From Klebsormidium nitens (lineage: Eukaryota > Plantae > Klebsormidiophyceae), in assembly GCA_000708835.1 (NCBI GenBank), contig DF237450.1:1-64000 (forward strand): a DNA stretch of 64,000 nt. The letters are read 5' to 3'. The number at the start of each line of letters is the position of its first letter. The first letter of the stretch is position 1. Below, piece by piece: positions 11,901 to 21,462 of the stretch. Under the pieces are notes generated by a model. That model did not search any database, had not been told where the DNA came from, and saw only the letters and a list, made by a program, of their open reading frames with translations. Position numbers and translations under genes: made by a program.

Positions 11901-14900
11901 AGAAACGATGCGACACAACTGGTGACAAGGATAAAGGTCCACGGAACGCTGGGTTGGCCTGACCCGATTGTAATGGTCAGGCAACCTTTCCGGTGGATTG
12001 CATAAATTACAGGAAAGATCACTCGAGCAGCAAAAGAGCTCCCGCACTGCTTTTCGGCGCTGCTACGGATTGAGTGGCTACAGAGCCGTTCCTTCGCACT
12101 CCTTTTTCGAACATTTCCTCACTGCTTTTATTCTCTTTGTTCGATCGTTCCCTTCGTGGTAGACCCCAACCCATTAGCTAGTAAGCCCAGTGAACTGTAA
12201 GCTTTTGAAGGTTCACTAACTCCCCAACCCAAAAGATCATCCGCTCCGCGCCTGTACCCCCCTAACCCCCTTACTAGCCCCACCCGTCCCAGTCAGCGTT
12301 CACTGGCTTACAGGTCACTAAATCGATTGGAATCTTTCCCTGCAGCGCCTGGAGGAACGGCGCCCAGAACCACAAGACGGCGACGCAGGGCCCGTGGGAG
12401 GCACGGCTGGCCGCGTCCGTGCGCGCGTGGTAAGCGGCGGGGCTGTGCTGACGTCATGTCGGATGTGCTGACGTCATTTTGGGGTAGAAGGCTGGAAGGC
12501 GTGCGAGTGAAAAGGCGTTGGTCCTGAACGTGGTGCCACTTGTTAGACAGTCGAGTATTGGCCAGCAAATTGACTTCTTGTGGGTGGAGAAGGAACAATA
12601 TCATACAGGAAACGGAAGAGGTGGGGTTTACTCGTTCGAAATGAAGGCTAGTCCGCAGATCCCCGCAGCAAGGGATCTGTGAAGATTGTCAACGTCCGCT
12701 TTGAGTGGTTATTTCGTCAGTTAAAGGCCTTCTTATTGTGCCATTGCAACGCGGTATACTTTTACCCACTACCTGGAACCAGCTTCGTCTAGGCAACACA
12801 GGTATACATGGCAACCGACGTAGCGGTCCGATCCCTGTCCACGCTTCCGTTCTTTAAATCCTTACTTCAAAAACAGGAGAATGTCGTAAGCCTGAAACCC
12901 CCAGAAGCCTGTACACGAATCCATTGTCTTCTTGACAGAAACCAGTATCATGCACCACACCTGGCGCCATCTCAAGGTACGCATCTACAGCTCTTGCTAG
13001 AGCGGCCATAACAATCCTTTCAACATCTTGTAACAGCGTTCAAGTTTGAAGGCTCGCAGCTACCAGAGCCTTGTAAGTTGAACTCTAAAAGCCCCAGAAC
13101 TTATCCTCCACGTGGCAGGTACGAGTACCAGCCGGTGCGCCAGGTGCAGTTCGACCTCAAGCTGCGCATCTACCGGTCGTTCCAGATCGGCAACCTGCTG
13201 GATCTCATCATGGTGGACACGCGCATCATCGGTCGGGACCGCCAAACCGACGACCCGCCAGACCCCCCGGTCCTTAACACCACCGCAGGAAATGAGAAGT
13301 TTGCCGTGCTGTTCGACCGGACGCGTACCATGCTGGGGGAGACCCAGCTCGAGTGGCTGCAGGCGCAGCTCAGGTTGGGCCATCGGACGGTCGGAAGTCA
13401 CTTGAACGGTCCAATTCTTTATTTGGATGGTCGAGGATGCTTTGAACGGACGAATGAGATCTGGACTTCGCATGTCGTTCTTGTATGGGCAGCCCAATGT
13501 AATGTTAACGCCTCAAATAGGACAGGAACAGCTCGCGTGGTTGCAGGGATCGCTCAGGTGTGCCATCGAACGGTCGAGGGTCTTTCTATTTGCACGGTCA
13601 AGAAGGCGCGCTTTCCCCGCGTTTACTCCAGTTGGGTCAGGCCAGGTTCTCTTTTTGAACACCTAAAGAAGGGACAGTCCGAGTGGCTGCAGGGAAAGCT
13701 CAGGGGGGCCAGCGGACGGCCGAGGTTGCTCTGACTGGTTGATCTTTCTGTTTGGACGGTCGAAGAAGCTTTAAACGCTTGAAAATGCTTTTGCACAGCC
13801 CACTCGAACAGCCCACATTCTGGTCTTTGGATTTTTGAGAAAGGGACAGCTGGTGTGGCTGCAGGGACAATTCAGATGAGTCCATCGGACGGTCGAGGTT
13901 CGCCAGATGGTTATCCTGTTCTTCCAACGGTCGAGGTTTATATAGTCACTCCAGGTTCAGTACGAGACCGTGACATCCGGAAAGGCAGTGGATTCGCTCG
14001 CATGGCCGCACGGACGATTCACCTGGAGTCATGGAACGTTTCACGCTTCTTTGATGGTTGGTTTTTTTCCATTCGAACGGTCTTGAATGCTTTGGAAAGC
14101 CCACTAATTGATCAGATTTCAACAACATGAGACAGGGGCAGCTGGCATCGAAGCTGGGACAGTCAGAATGGGAGAGCGAGCTTCCGTCTCCACTGCCGCT
14201 TCGATTGCAGGCGCTTGCTAGCAGGAATTGCGTTTCAAACGAACATTCTGATACGCTCCATCTATAGCTCATTCTGTTAGTTCTGCCAATGAATTCCAAA
14301 ACGCTGGAACATGTTCATATTCTTGCGCCATGCGAATAACGATGGAATGACAGCCGACGGCTCAGCATCGTGGACCACAACCAAAAACTTCGAAAGCTGG
14401 GTTGGCAACCTTAACCAAAACAGTTCTCCATTTTATGCAGCGACTCTAAGGGCAGCGGCGCCGTTGGCGCATCTTCGGGCAATCACGTCCTTCTCACTCC
14501 CAACCCCAAAACCTCTTACCCTAAAACCCTGGGCCAAACCGTTTCCGCAGCGACCCCAAGGGCCGTGCAGCCGTGTGGCGCATCTTCGAGCAATCACGGC
14601 CTTCTCCCCCTTAACCCCGAAACGTTTCAACCAAACCCTGGCCAAACCCTTTCTGCAGCGACTCCAAGGGCCGCGGCGCCGTGTGGCGCATGATTGGCAA
14701 CCAGGTCCTTCTCACCCTTAACCGTTAACCCCTTAACCCCTTAATCCTTCAACCGAAACCCCTGGCCAAACCGTTTCTGCAGCGACTCCAAGGGCCGGGG
14801 CGCCGTGTGGCGCATGATCGGCAACCAGGTCCTCTTCACCGAGATGCCGGTTACGATCGACGACCCGGATACCAACGGTTATCTGGGCCCCGTCATTGGT

Positions 14901-16431
14901 TACAGCGACGGCTGGGATGCCTACCCCGAAACCCGATTCCAGGTGACGCTTTGCGTTTTTTTCGCGGCATCTTGTACAGTCAAGATTTTCCTGGGTTTCG
15001 TATTTACGGCCTGGGCTTCATTTGGCTGTCTTCTGGTGTCCGACGGAGCCTGCTGACTGCTGTGAAAGTTTTTCTGGCAGACACGGAAGCCCTCACAGAA
15101 CGTCAGCATGAGCTGCTCAGTGACGTCAGAATGAATCTTTGATTGGTTGGGAGATGCAAGCTCCGCAGCGCTTACAGCCCAAAGAAGTCTTACATCTTGC
15201 GGGCCGAGTATCCAACTCGTGTTATTCCCGTGACCCAAATGATCACGCCCTGGTTAGTGCGAACCCGCGTCTTCTCCGGGGCGGTCAAACATCCGGTTCG
15301 TATAATCTCCGTGAGATGCAACTACCCTCCAAGGATCACGCCTTGGTTAGCACCAAACCCACGTCAAGCCCGCGCAGGTTCGGACCACATCCGCCGCAAC
15401 GCGGTTGAAAACGACCTGTGCTGAGCAATGACTATCTACGTTTAGCGCTAACCCGCGTCTCAACCCGGGCAGGTTCTGGACCACATCCGCCGTAACGCAA
15501 TCGACAACGTGGTCGTTGCAACCGGTGACTGGCACGGCACCGTTGTTTCCGATGTTCCGTTCTACCCGTTCCAAACCTGGGGCCGCTCTTACCTGGGCAA
15601 CCCAAACCAGAACAGCACCTTCGGCAAACTGGGGGTTAACGCTAACTTCACCACCGGGTTGGGCAGCATGGCCACGGAGATCACGGTGACGTCAGTGACG
15701 TCAGCCTTCTTTGGCGAGACCGAGGCGGCCAGGGCGTCCGCCGTGAAGCTGGACGACACGCTCAAGTCGCTCATGCCGCACCTCAGGTGAGCGGAACGGA
15801 AACGGAACGTGAATGGAACGTTATTGAACTATGCTCTTAAGACAAGAGGAGGCCGCCCCTTTCACAGATGTGTCTGGCCGTGTTTTGTGGCAATGTGGCA
15901 GCTATGAGATCGTGCTGAGACATCCAGGGTACTCTCCGCGTTCGCCTCTTCCGGTGGTTTATCGTGTAGAGGGCTTTGCCTTGCCTTGAAAGTTAAAGCC
16001 TTCCTCGTCACTTGACCGCAGAAATCTTATCCGAGCTTGATCATTACCGGATATGCAAAGAAAGAGACATGCTCCTTGCGGGTCCGCATCTGTCGAGCCC
16101 TTCTTCACCTGCACATCTGACTCTGACCACATCTCCCCGGCCGATCACGGAAATTTTCTCTTTCCCGAAACGTTTGAAATAGATCCGAGAGAGACCCAAC
16201 TCTCCTGCAATATGAAAGTAGACCGCCATGATTGACAACCCTGACCTCGTATGTCATCGGTGCAGGTACTCCAACCATTTCGGTCACGGCTACGCCATCA
16301 CCGAGTTCACCAAGACGGACGCCACCCATACCTTCTGCTTCGTCAGCACGATTCTGTCGCCCACGTACACCCTCGACTGCTCCAAGAAGCTCAAGCAGCT
16401 GTCCGGGACCAACCACCTTATTGACGCCTAG
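5966..16431 (+). CDS. phoD: Secreted PhoD-family alkaline phosphatase/phosphodiesterase (13 exons, 611 aa)
   Basis: Exons 5966-6180, 7041-7110, 7935-8049, 8626-8676, 9198-9339, 9615-9709, 10789-10858, 11534-11632, 12346-12429, 13119-13373, 14783-14942, 15473-15786, 16266-16431; phases all join (1836 nt). Signal peptide MARSLAFCALLVVALFGTTLA. PhoD motifs FQHGIASGDP, ILWTR, GRTRTLP, TCSQY, HLGDYMYE, WDDHDSTNN, DTR, MLGETQLEWL, IGNQV, DGWDAYP, NVVVATGDWH. Confidence 0.93.
8945..9207 (+). repeat. Duplicated 3' splice site and exon start of phoD exon 5
   Basis: ctggactcggttcgagatc...ttccgcatgacgcctgcag|gtctga (8945-9005) matches ctggattcgcttcgagatc...ttccgcattacgcctgcag|gtctga (9146-9203). Confidence 0.8.
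9695..10225 (+). repeat. Tandem repeat of about 85 bp, roughly 6 diverged copies, phoD intron 6
   Basis: Recurring ttttcacgaggcttgc-cttccgcatcttctg...gatttgatgcg...gtgccgcc...gtgag...gatcagaatc; gtgag-like sites at 9796, 9882 and about 9966. Confidence 0.85.
13340..14170 (+). repeat. Decayed tandem copies of the phoD exon 10 3' end and donor
   Basis: The unit cagctcgagtggctgcag....ctcag|g...ccatcggacggtcg recurs at about 13521-13580, 13668-13725 and 13839-13897, and weakly at 14129-14170. Confidence 0.8.
14420..14830 (+). repeat. Tandem copies (about 110-124 bp) of the phoD exon 11 acceptor and exon start
   Basis: gcag|cgac(t/c)c(t/c)aagggc...gccgt(g)tggcgcat with AG at 14439-40, 14549-50, 14657-58, and the functional AG at 14781-82. 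Confidence 0.9.
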
Positions 16432-17596
16432 AGCGCAATGATGGAATTGAGAGTCGATCTTTGATTTGAGAACAGTGATTGCCACTCGGGTGGCATCCAT
16501 TTTGATAGTTTGCAGGGCTTCGTGATTCAAAGATGCTTATTTATAATGCCCGTCGGATTGACTTTTGCCAACCTCAAAAGGCCACACCACACCACAGTTT
16601 GTGACGAGAGTCAAACAGGCCTTGACGTCATTTCCGCAAGATGTACGTCGACGAGTCGAAGGCAGCCAATTCTTGGGATTCAGTTCAATGGATCTAGATG
16701 CTCGTGTGCACGGTCAATTTTGCACATCATAAGTGCAAGGAGTTTCAAGAAACAAGAGTGTTCAAGTTGTACGCAATCGCGTGATGTGTACTAAATCGGT
16801 CACCAAGTGGCAATCGATCAAGAGTGCACGATCAAATGACGATTGCAAGTGACAATCATAAGTCTATTATAAATGGCCAGACGTACATGAAGTTTTGTGA
16901 TGGCGATTGCACAGTGCATGATCATGACTTGCACTGTTTCCAATCGACTGAAATGAATCGATTGACATCGTCTGAAATGTCCTGACCGAGAGTTTTGGCG
17001 ACATTCAATGAGAACTTCGGTATATAGAGTAAGACGGCTGTCAACATGTGCATGGGCCCCGAATTGTTGGAAAGGCGATCACTTTTGTCATGGTAAAGAA
17101 CTTTAGCAAATATTGCTGCGGGCATGTACACCATCGATCAATCAAGTGCAGATTGATTGAAGTCAATCAGAGAATTCATCATTCGTGCCAGAGCAGGCCG
17201 CGCAGCCATGCATGTGCAGTGTTGCCCGTTGTATTCGTGAGCCATAGCTGTGAATATCATATTCTAATACTGCAACAGTACGGCCGCGGCATGGCCGCCA
17301 CTACCGTACACTGAAATTGATTGCAAGATGGCCCCATGCACATGCAAGGACGCAGAACATATCAGGTATCGTATTAATGCTCCTATGTTAACTGTAACAT
17401 AAGCATGGCTTGTGTGACTTGATATTGTAACATGCAGCTTTCTACTATCAATGATATGTGGAATCTGAGGACGGCAATCTACATGGTCGATTCCTGCCTT
17501 GAGCTGCCAAATCGAACTCAACATACTTCAAATTGGGCGTACAATATAATGTCATCCTCAGAGCTGATGCGCGGGGCTCATCCGTTTGGCAGATGC

Positions 17597-18955
17597 CTAG
17601 AACAAAGAGTTCTCAGATTCTGCGCTTACAAATTTTGGCTCAAGTACGACAAGTGCCAGGTCCGGCTTTCTTTGCCGCAGCTCCAAGAACGTGCTTACAA
17701 GATTGATTAGCTCTCCCTCTACACACCGCATATCTATCTCTAAAGATCCCAGCTTTGGACTGCCCCCAACAAGCTCAATACAGAAATGTAGTTGCTCCAT
17801 GTTGTTCACTACCACTTTCAACTTTGTCAGGTTCCTAAAGCATACAGGCAAGGTCGCATTCCTTGATTGAGGAGACAGGGTCCTCAATCTGGTTAACAGG
17901 CCCATGCTTGCGTGTAAAGAATCCAACCGCACAAGACATGCCCAAAAATCAGCTGCTCTTACGATGTTGTTGGTGCTGAAAGAAAATGCTAACAAGATGA
18001 GGCTTGCCAGCTTTGGCGACAACTCAAGCACCTGAAGAAGATTCTCCTCATTCCAGGTTCCCCATAAACACAGCTCTGTCACCTTCCATGGTGTCCCAAC
18101 TATAGATATGTTGGGGGGGTTCAGAAAGGTGAGCATACGCAGCTTGGGAGCGTTTATCCTTATTTCGTCGCTGGAAAGGAAATACAGTTCTTCCAGTTGT
18201 GGTATATTGATTTCCAGCTTCCTCAACTTTCCCGAGTGAAGGTAATCATCGAACACAAGAACCTTGAGCAGTCTTGAATCTATCCGGATGTTCGACCCTT
18301 CGTTGAAGGCGTTCAGAACTAGCTTCTCTAAAGCTGGGGCGACTTGATCTAGAGAATACTCCAACATGGATTGTGTGGACAGCAACTTCGACCCTTTGAA
18401 AATGAGCTCCTTGAGTTGGTGGAAAGGTGCGGAAGCGTGAAGGCGGCGCTCTATGAAGAGTCTGCAGGTGTTCAACTCTACAAACTTGAGGAGAGGACAC
18501 TTGGATAACGCTTTGAAAATCTGTTGTGCGGGCTCATCTGACAGAATGCCCCGCACCTCAACAGTTAGATTCCCAAGTTCAAGGTAAAAGCACTCTAATC
18601 TAGGAGTCAGGTTCACTGCTGCCGTTATGAAGCCAGCGATGCTAGAGGTAGGCAGGCCGCTTTCAAGTGTGCCCATCACAAACAACTTTCTGATAGCCTC
18701 AGCTTCTTGAAGAAAGAAAAGGATTCTTGCATCCATCGTCCTGTCGGTATCTAAGCGGCATACTATCCCATCAACTTGCAATGCCAAGCGGCAGAACCGG
18801 GAAGACACTGTCCTCAATCTTGCCAGCAGCCAAAAGTACACCGATACTTTTGAGGGGTAGCCCACATGTATTGCTGCAGCCAGGCCCAGTATACGTATCA
18901 CCAAGTTGTCGGGCAACGCATCAAAGCCGCAGCAAGTCTGAACTCTGGTGGCCAT
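17597..18955 (-). CDS. Intronless F-box protein with degenerate LRR/FBD-like C-terminal region (about 452 aa)
   Basis: Single 1.37-kb ORF; first ATG at 18955 (MATRVQ). F-box-like FDALPDNLVIRILG...LRTVSSRFCRL, followed by LxxLxL repeats (LECFYLEL, LKFVELN, LKELIF, LEKLVL, LEELYF, LTKLKV). Confidence 0.8.
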   Translation of the reverse strand: MATRVQTCCGFDALPDNLVIRILGLAAAIHVGYPSKVSVYFWLLARLRTVSSRFCRLALQVDGIVCRLDTDRTMDARILFFLQEAEAIRKLFVMGTLESGLPTSSIAGFITAAVNLTPRLECFYLELGNLTVEVRGILSDEPAQQIFKALSKCPLLKFVELNTCRLFIERRLHASAPFHQLKELIFKGSKLLSTQSMLEYSLDQVAPALEKLVLNAFNEGSNIRIDSRLLKVLVFDDYLHSGKLRKLEINIPQLEELYFLSSDEIRINAPKLRMLTFLNPPNISIVGTPWKVTELCLWGTWNEENLLQVLELSPKLASLILLAFSFSTNNIVRAADFWACLVRLDSLHASMGLLTRLRTLSPQSRNATLPVCFRNLTKLKVVVNNMEQLHFCIELVGGSPKLGSLEIDMRCVEGELINLVSTFLELRQRKPDLALVVLEPKFVSAESENSLF

Positions 18956-19524
18956 GGCCTCGATCTTCACTTGACCTCACATAGGCGAAACAAAGCGGGG
19001 CCTGATTAGGGGATCCACTGCATTCCCGACAAACCTTACGCAGAACTCCACTTTTACATCTGAAAGGGGCGGCTACAGGAGCTGATGAAAGAGGAGCCAC
19101 GTTGAAGTTGAAGAAAGAAGAACACTGAACAGCGAGTCCATTGTGCAACATACCGGTATGACCCACCCATTCACGAGGTACCTACCGTTGAAGCCAACTG
19201 GGAAGCTTGGCGTGGCAAGTCTGGACTACAAAATGCCCGGTAATCCAACACTGAAGCGAACGGTACGATACCGTAGCCCCATGCCTTTGATAGTGCACGG
19301 GCTGTTAGAGAAGTCAACATACCGGTACTGGAAGCGAGCTCAAGCCTGGGTCGCGACCGCGGACACAACTTGAACAGTTTCTCAGATCTGAGCTTGAACT
19401 TGAAGTTGAAGTGAACGTCTCCTCGGAGTCCTGGCCTTGAAACATTCGGTGCAGTGTTGCACGGGCTTGTACCTTAAAGTTGGAGAGAAGTCCACATTGT
19501 ATAAGGCGCAGAAAGTTGAGTGAC
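18956..19524. promoter_or_regulatory. Putative bidirectional promoter between the F-box gene and the plastid Cys-motif gene
   Basis: Head-to-head start codons 569 bp apart; inferred from gene geometry only. Confidence 0.5.
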
Positions 19525-20067
19525 ATGGCGTCCAGTACGTTGGCTTCAAGGACGTGGTCGGCCGGATCTCTTATCAATGATGTGAACGTTGTGCCACCAA
19601 ACTCTTGCGTTGAGAGTCCTCTTCTCAGAAGCAGACAGTACCTCAGAAGGCAGAGGTCTACAAAGCTCAGAGCGGCCAATGCTGCCAGACTGCAGATGTC
19701 AACAGAGCCTGTCGGGATAGTCGACGAAGCTCTGGCAGCCGTCAAGCCAAAGCTGGCAGATTTAGGCCCTGAGGGGGGATGTCCAACCTGTGGAGCGAAG
19801 GAGGTAAAGGGGGGGTGCGACGGGAATGGCAGAATGATTGGAGGTCTGGGGGGGGTGCCAGGATTCGGCTGGTGGCCTATTAAGGCTTACAGGCCATGCC
19901 CAGCGTTTGTTGAGTCAGGGGGTTCATACACGAGGAAAGGGCAGAGTTTGAACGAGATTGCTTTTGGAAATGCGGACCCGCAAGACGATCTGAGCTTAGA
20001 CGAGCGGTTACGAGGTAGGAAAAAGCAAGTGATTAGCGAAGGTGAAGACCAGAAGGACCAGCAATAA
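19525..20067 (+). CDS. Intronless plastid-targeted protein of unknown function with Cys motif (CPTC...GCDGNG...WWPIKAYRPCP), 180 aa
   Basis: ORF from ATG 19525. S/R-rich transit-peptide-like N-terminus, then a compact Gly/Cys/Trp-rich block that I recall from conserved algal hypothetical proteins (not verified by search). Confidence 0.75.
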   Translation: MASSTLASRTWSAGSLINDVNVVPPNSCVESPLLRSRQYLRRQRSTKLRAANAARLQMSTEPVGIVDEALAAVKPKLADLGPEGGCPTCGAKEVKGGCDGNGRMIGGLGGVPGFGWWPIKAYRPCPAFVESGGSYTRKGQSLNEIAFGNADPQDDLSLDERLRGRKKQVISEGEDQKDQQ

Positions 20068-21462
20068 GTATTCAGAATTTGAGGTAATGTGTTGAATTTA
20101 TGTCTGGCTTTGCTTGCTTATCCCATATCAAGTGTAAGTTGCAAGCTGTGATCGCAGCTGTGGGAAGTAAGTGGCCGTTGCAAGTAGTCTGAACCTGTCC
20201 ATGAAGTGGACTGCGATCAACTGTGCTGTTTGATGGATTAGATTGAGTTGGACAGCGGCTGTGGAGTTGCTTGCAGTCGTAGTAACCTGAGCTTTTAAAC
20301 AGATAAGCTTAGTGGTAGGGAAGGATTGCTCATTTCCCACTGCGTTGAACTCGGCTCAATTCAGGCCACTTCATCTGCGGGTCAAGATGCTGCCCAGTAC
20401 TTGGGAGCCAGGTGCTCTCTGTGGCGTTCAGTAATATGACCACCCAACATAGTGTATGTGATCCAGCATGAATGTCCAAACCCCCTTTCGCAAGTGGCTC
20501 AAGTCAGGCTTACATGATGGGAGTTCCTTAGGACCAGAACTGCTTCCGCCTACCATGTGCATGCATCTTGAGATGAGACGTCAAGCTAGATCACAGTAAT
20601 CATGCTTTCTTATCCTGCAACACTCTGGGTGTGAAGAATGAGGCGAAATGAAGGTGGCGAATATGATGTGACCGGGTATGCATATGTAGGTTGTAAGCTT
20701 GCAGCCTACGTGAATTGCACGGGCATGCCTTAGTAAAATACTTCCTCTTTTCCATGCATCGATGCATGCATCGTGTAATAACACATGATGGGCATATGAT
20801 TGGAAGAGCGCTTCATGAAGGTGACGGTAACCAAATCCGCTCAAATACGAACGAACAGTTTGAAAGGCTGGAAGAGGATTATTGCAGAGTCTCGCATCAC
20901 ATACCGTACGGTACTAGCCTTATCTCATCTCCATTCAATCTGGGACAAAGGGGGTGTCGGGTGCGCATGTTGCACGTACACCATGTACAGCACTAAGCTC
21001 AAGTTGAAGATCGATGCCGCGGGCCTGTGAACCCTCACTTCAATCAACTTCTGGTTCAATGTAGGCCGCCGGCGCTTTCAGCCCAAATCAATGGATTGAA
21101 CATGACTAAGTTGCACGAGCTTTTCGCTTATATACTCCTTCTGTAGAAAACATGACTTTCTCGTACCACATACGAAGTAAAACCTTACTGAAGGCTTGTT
21201 GCGCTCCGGCAGGTTGCCAGGTCAGTACGCCAGCGCATGGCGTCAAGCAACGGAACCACGTTCTTGAGCCGTCAATGAGATGCATCGACATGAACCAATC
21301 GCAACCAAGCACGGTCAGAAGTCCAGCCCGCCCACAGATGAAGTTTGCCATGATCTTTTTCTGACTCGACTGATCAGATCTATCATGCGTGCAGATATCC
21401 GAAACTTTAAACTGCTAGTCTGACTTGGAGCGTCAACGGTTCCTGTTTATCTGCCTCCCACT

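Noticed and set aside
14500-14765. Interstitial telomeric array (ccctaa-like runs in phoD and VPE introns)
   Set aside because: Only scattered imperfect CCCTAA/CCCTTAA units inside the echo repeats, not a true tandem telomere tract.
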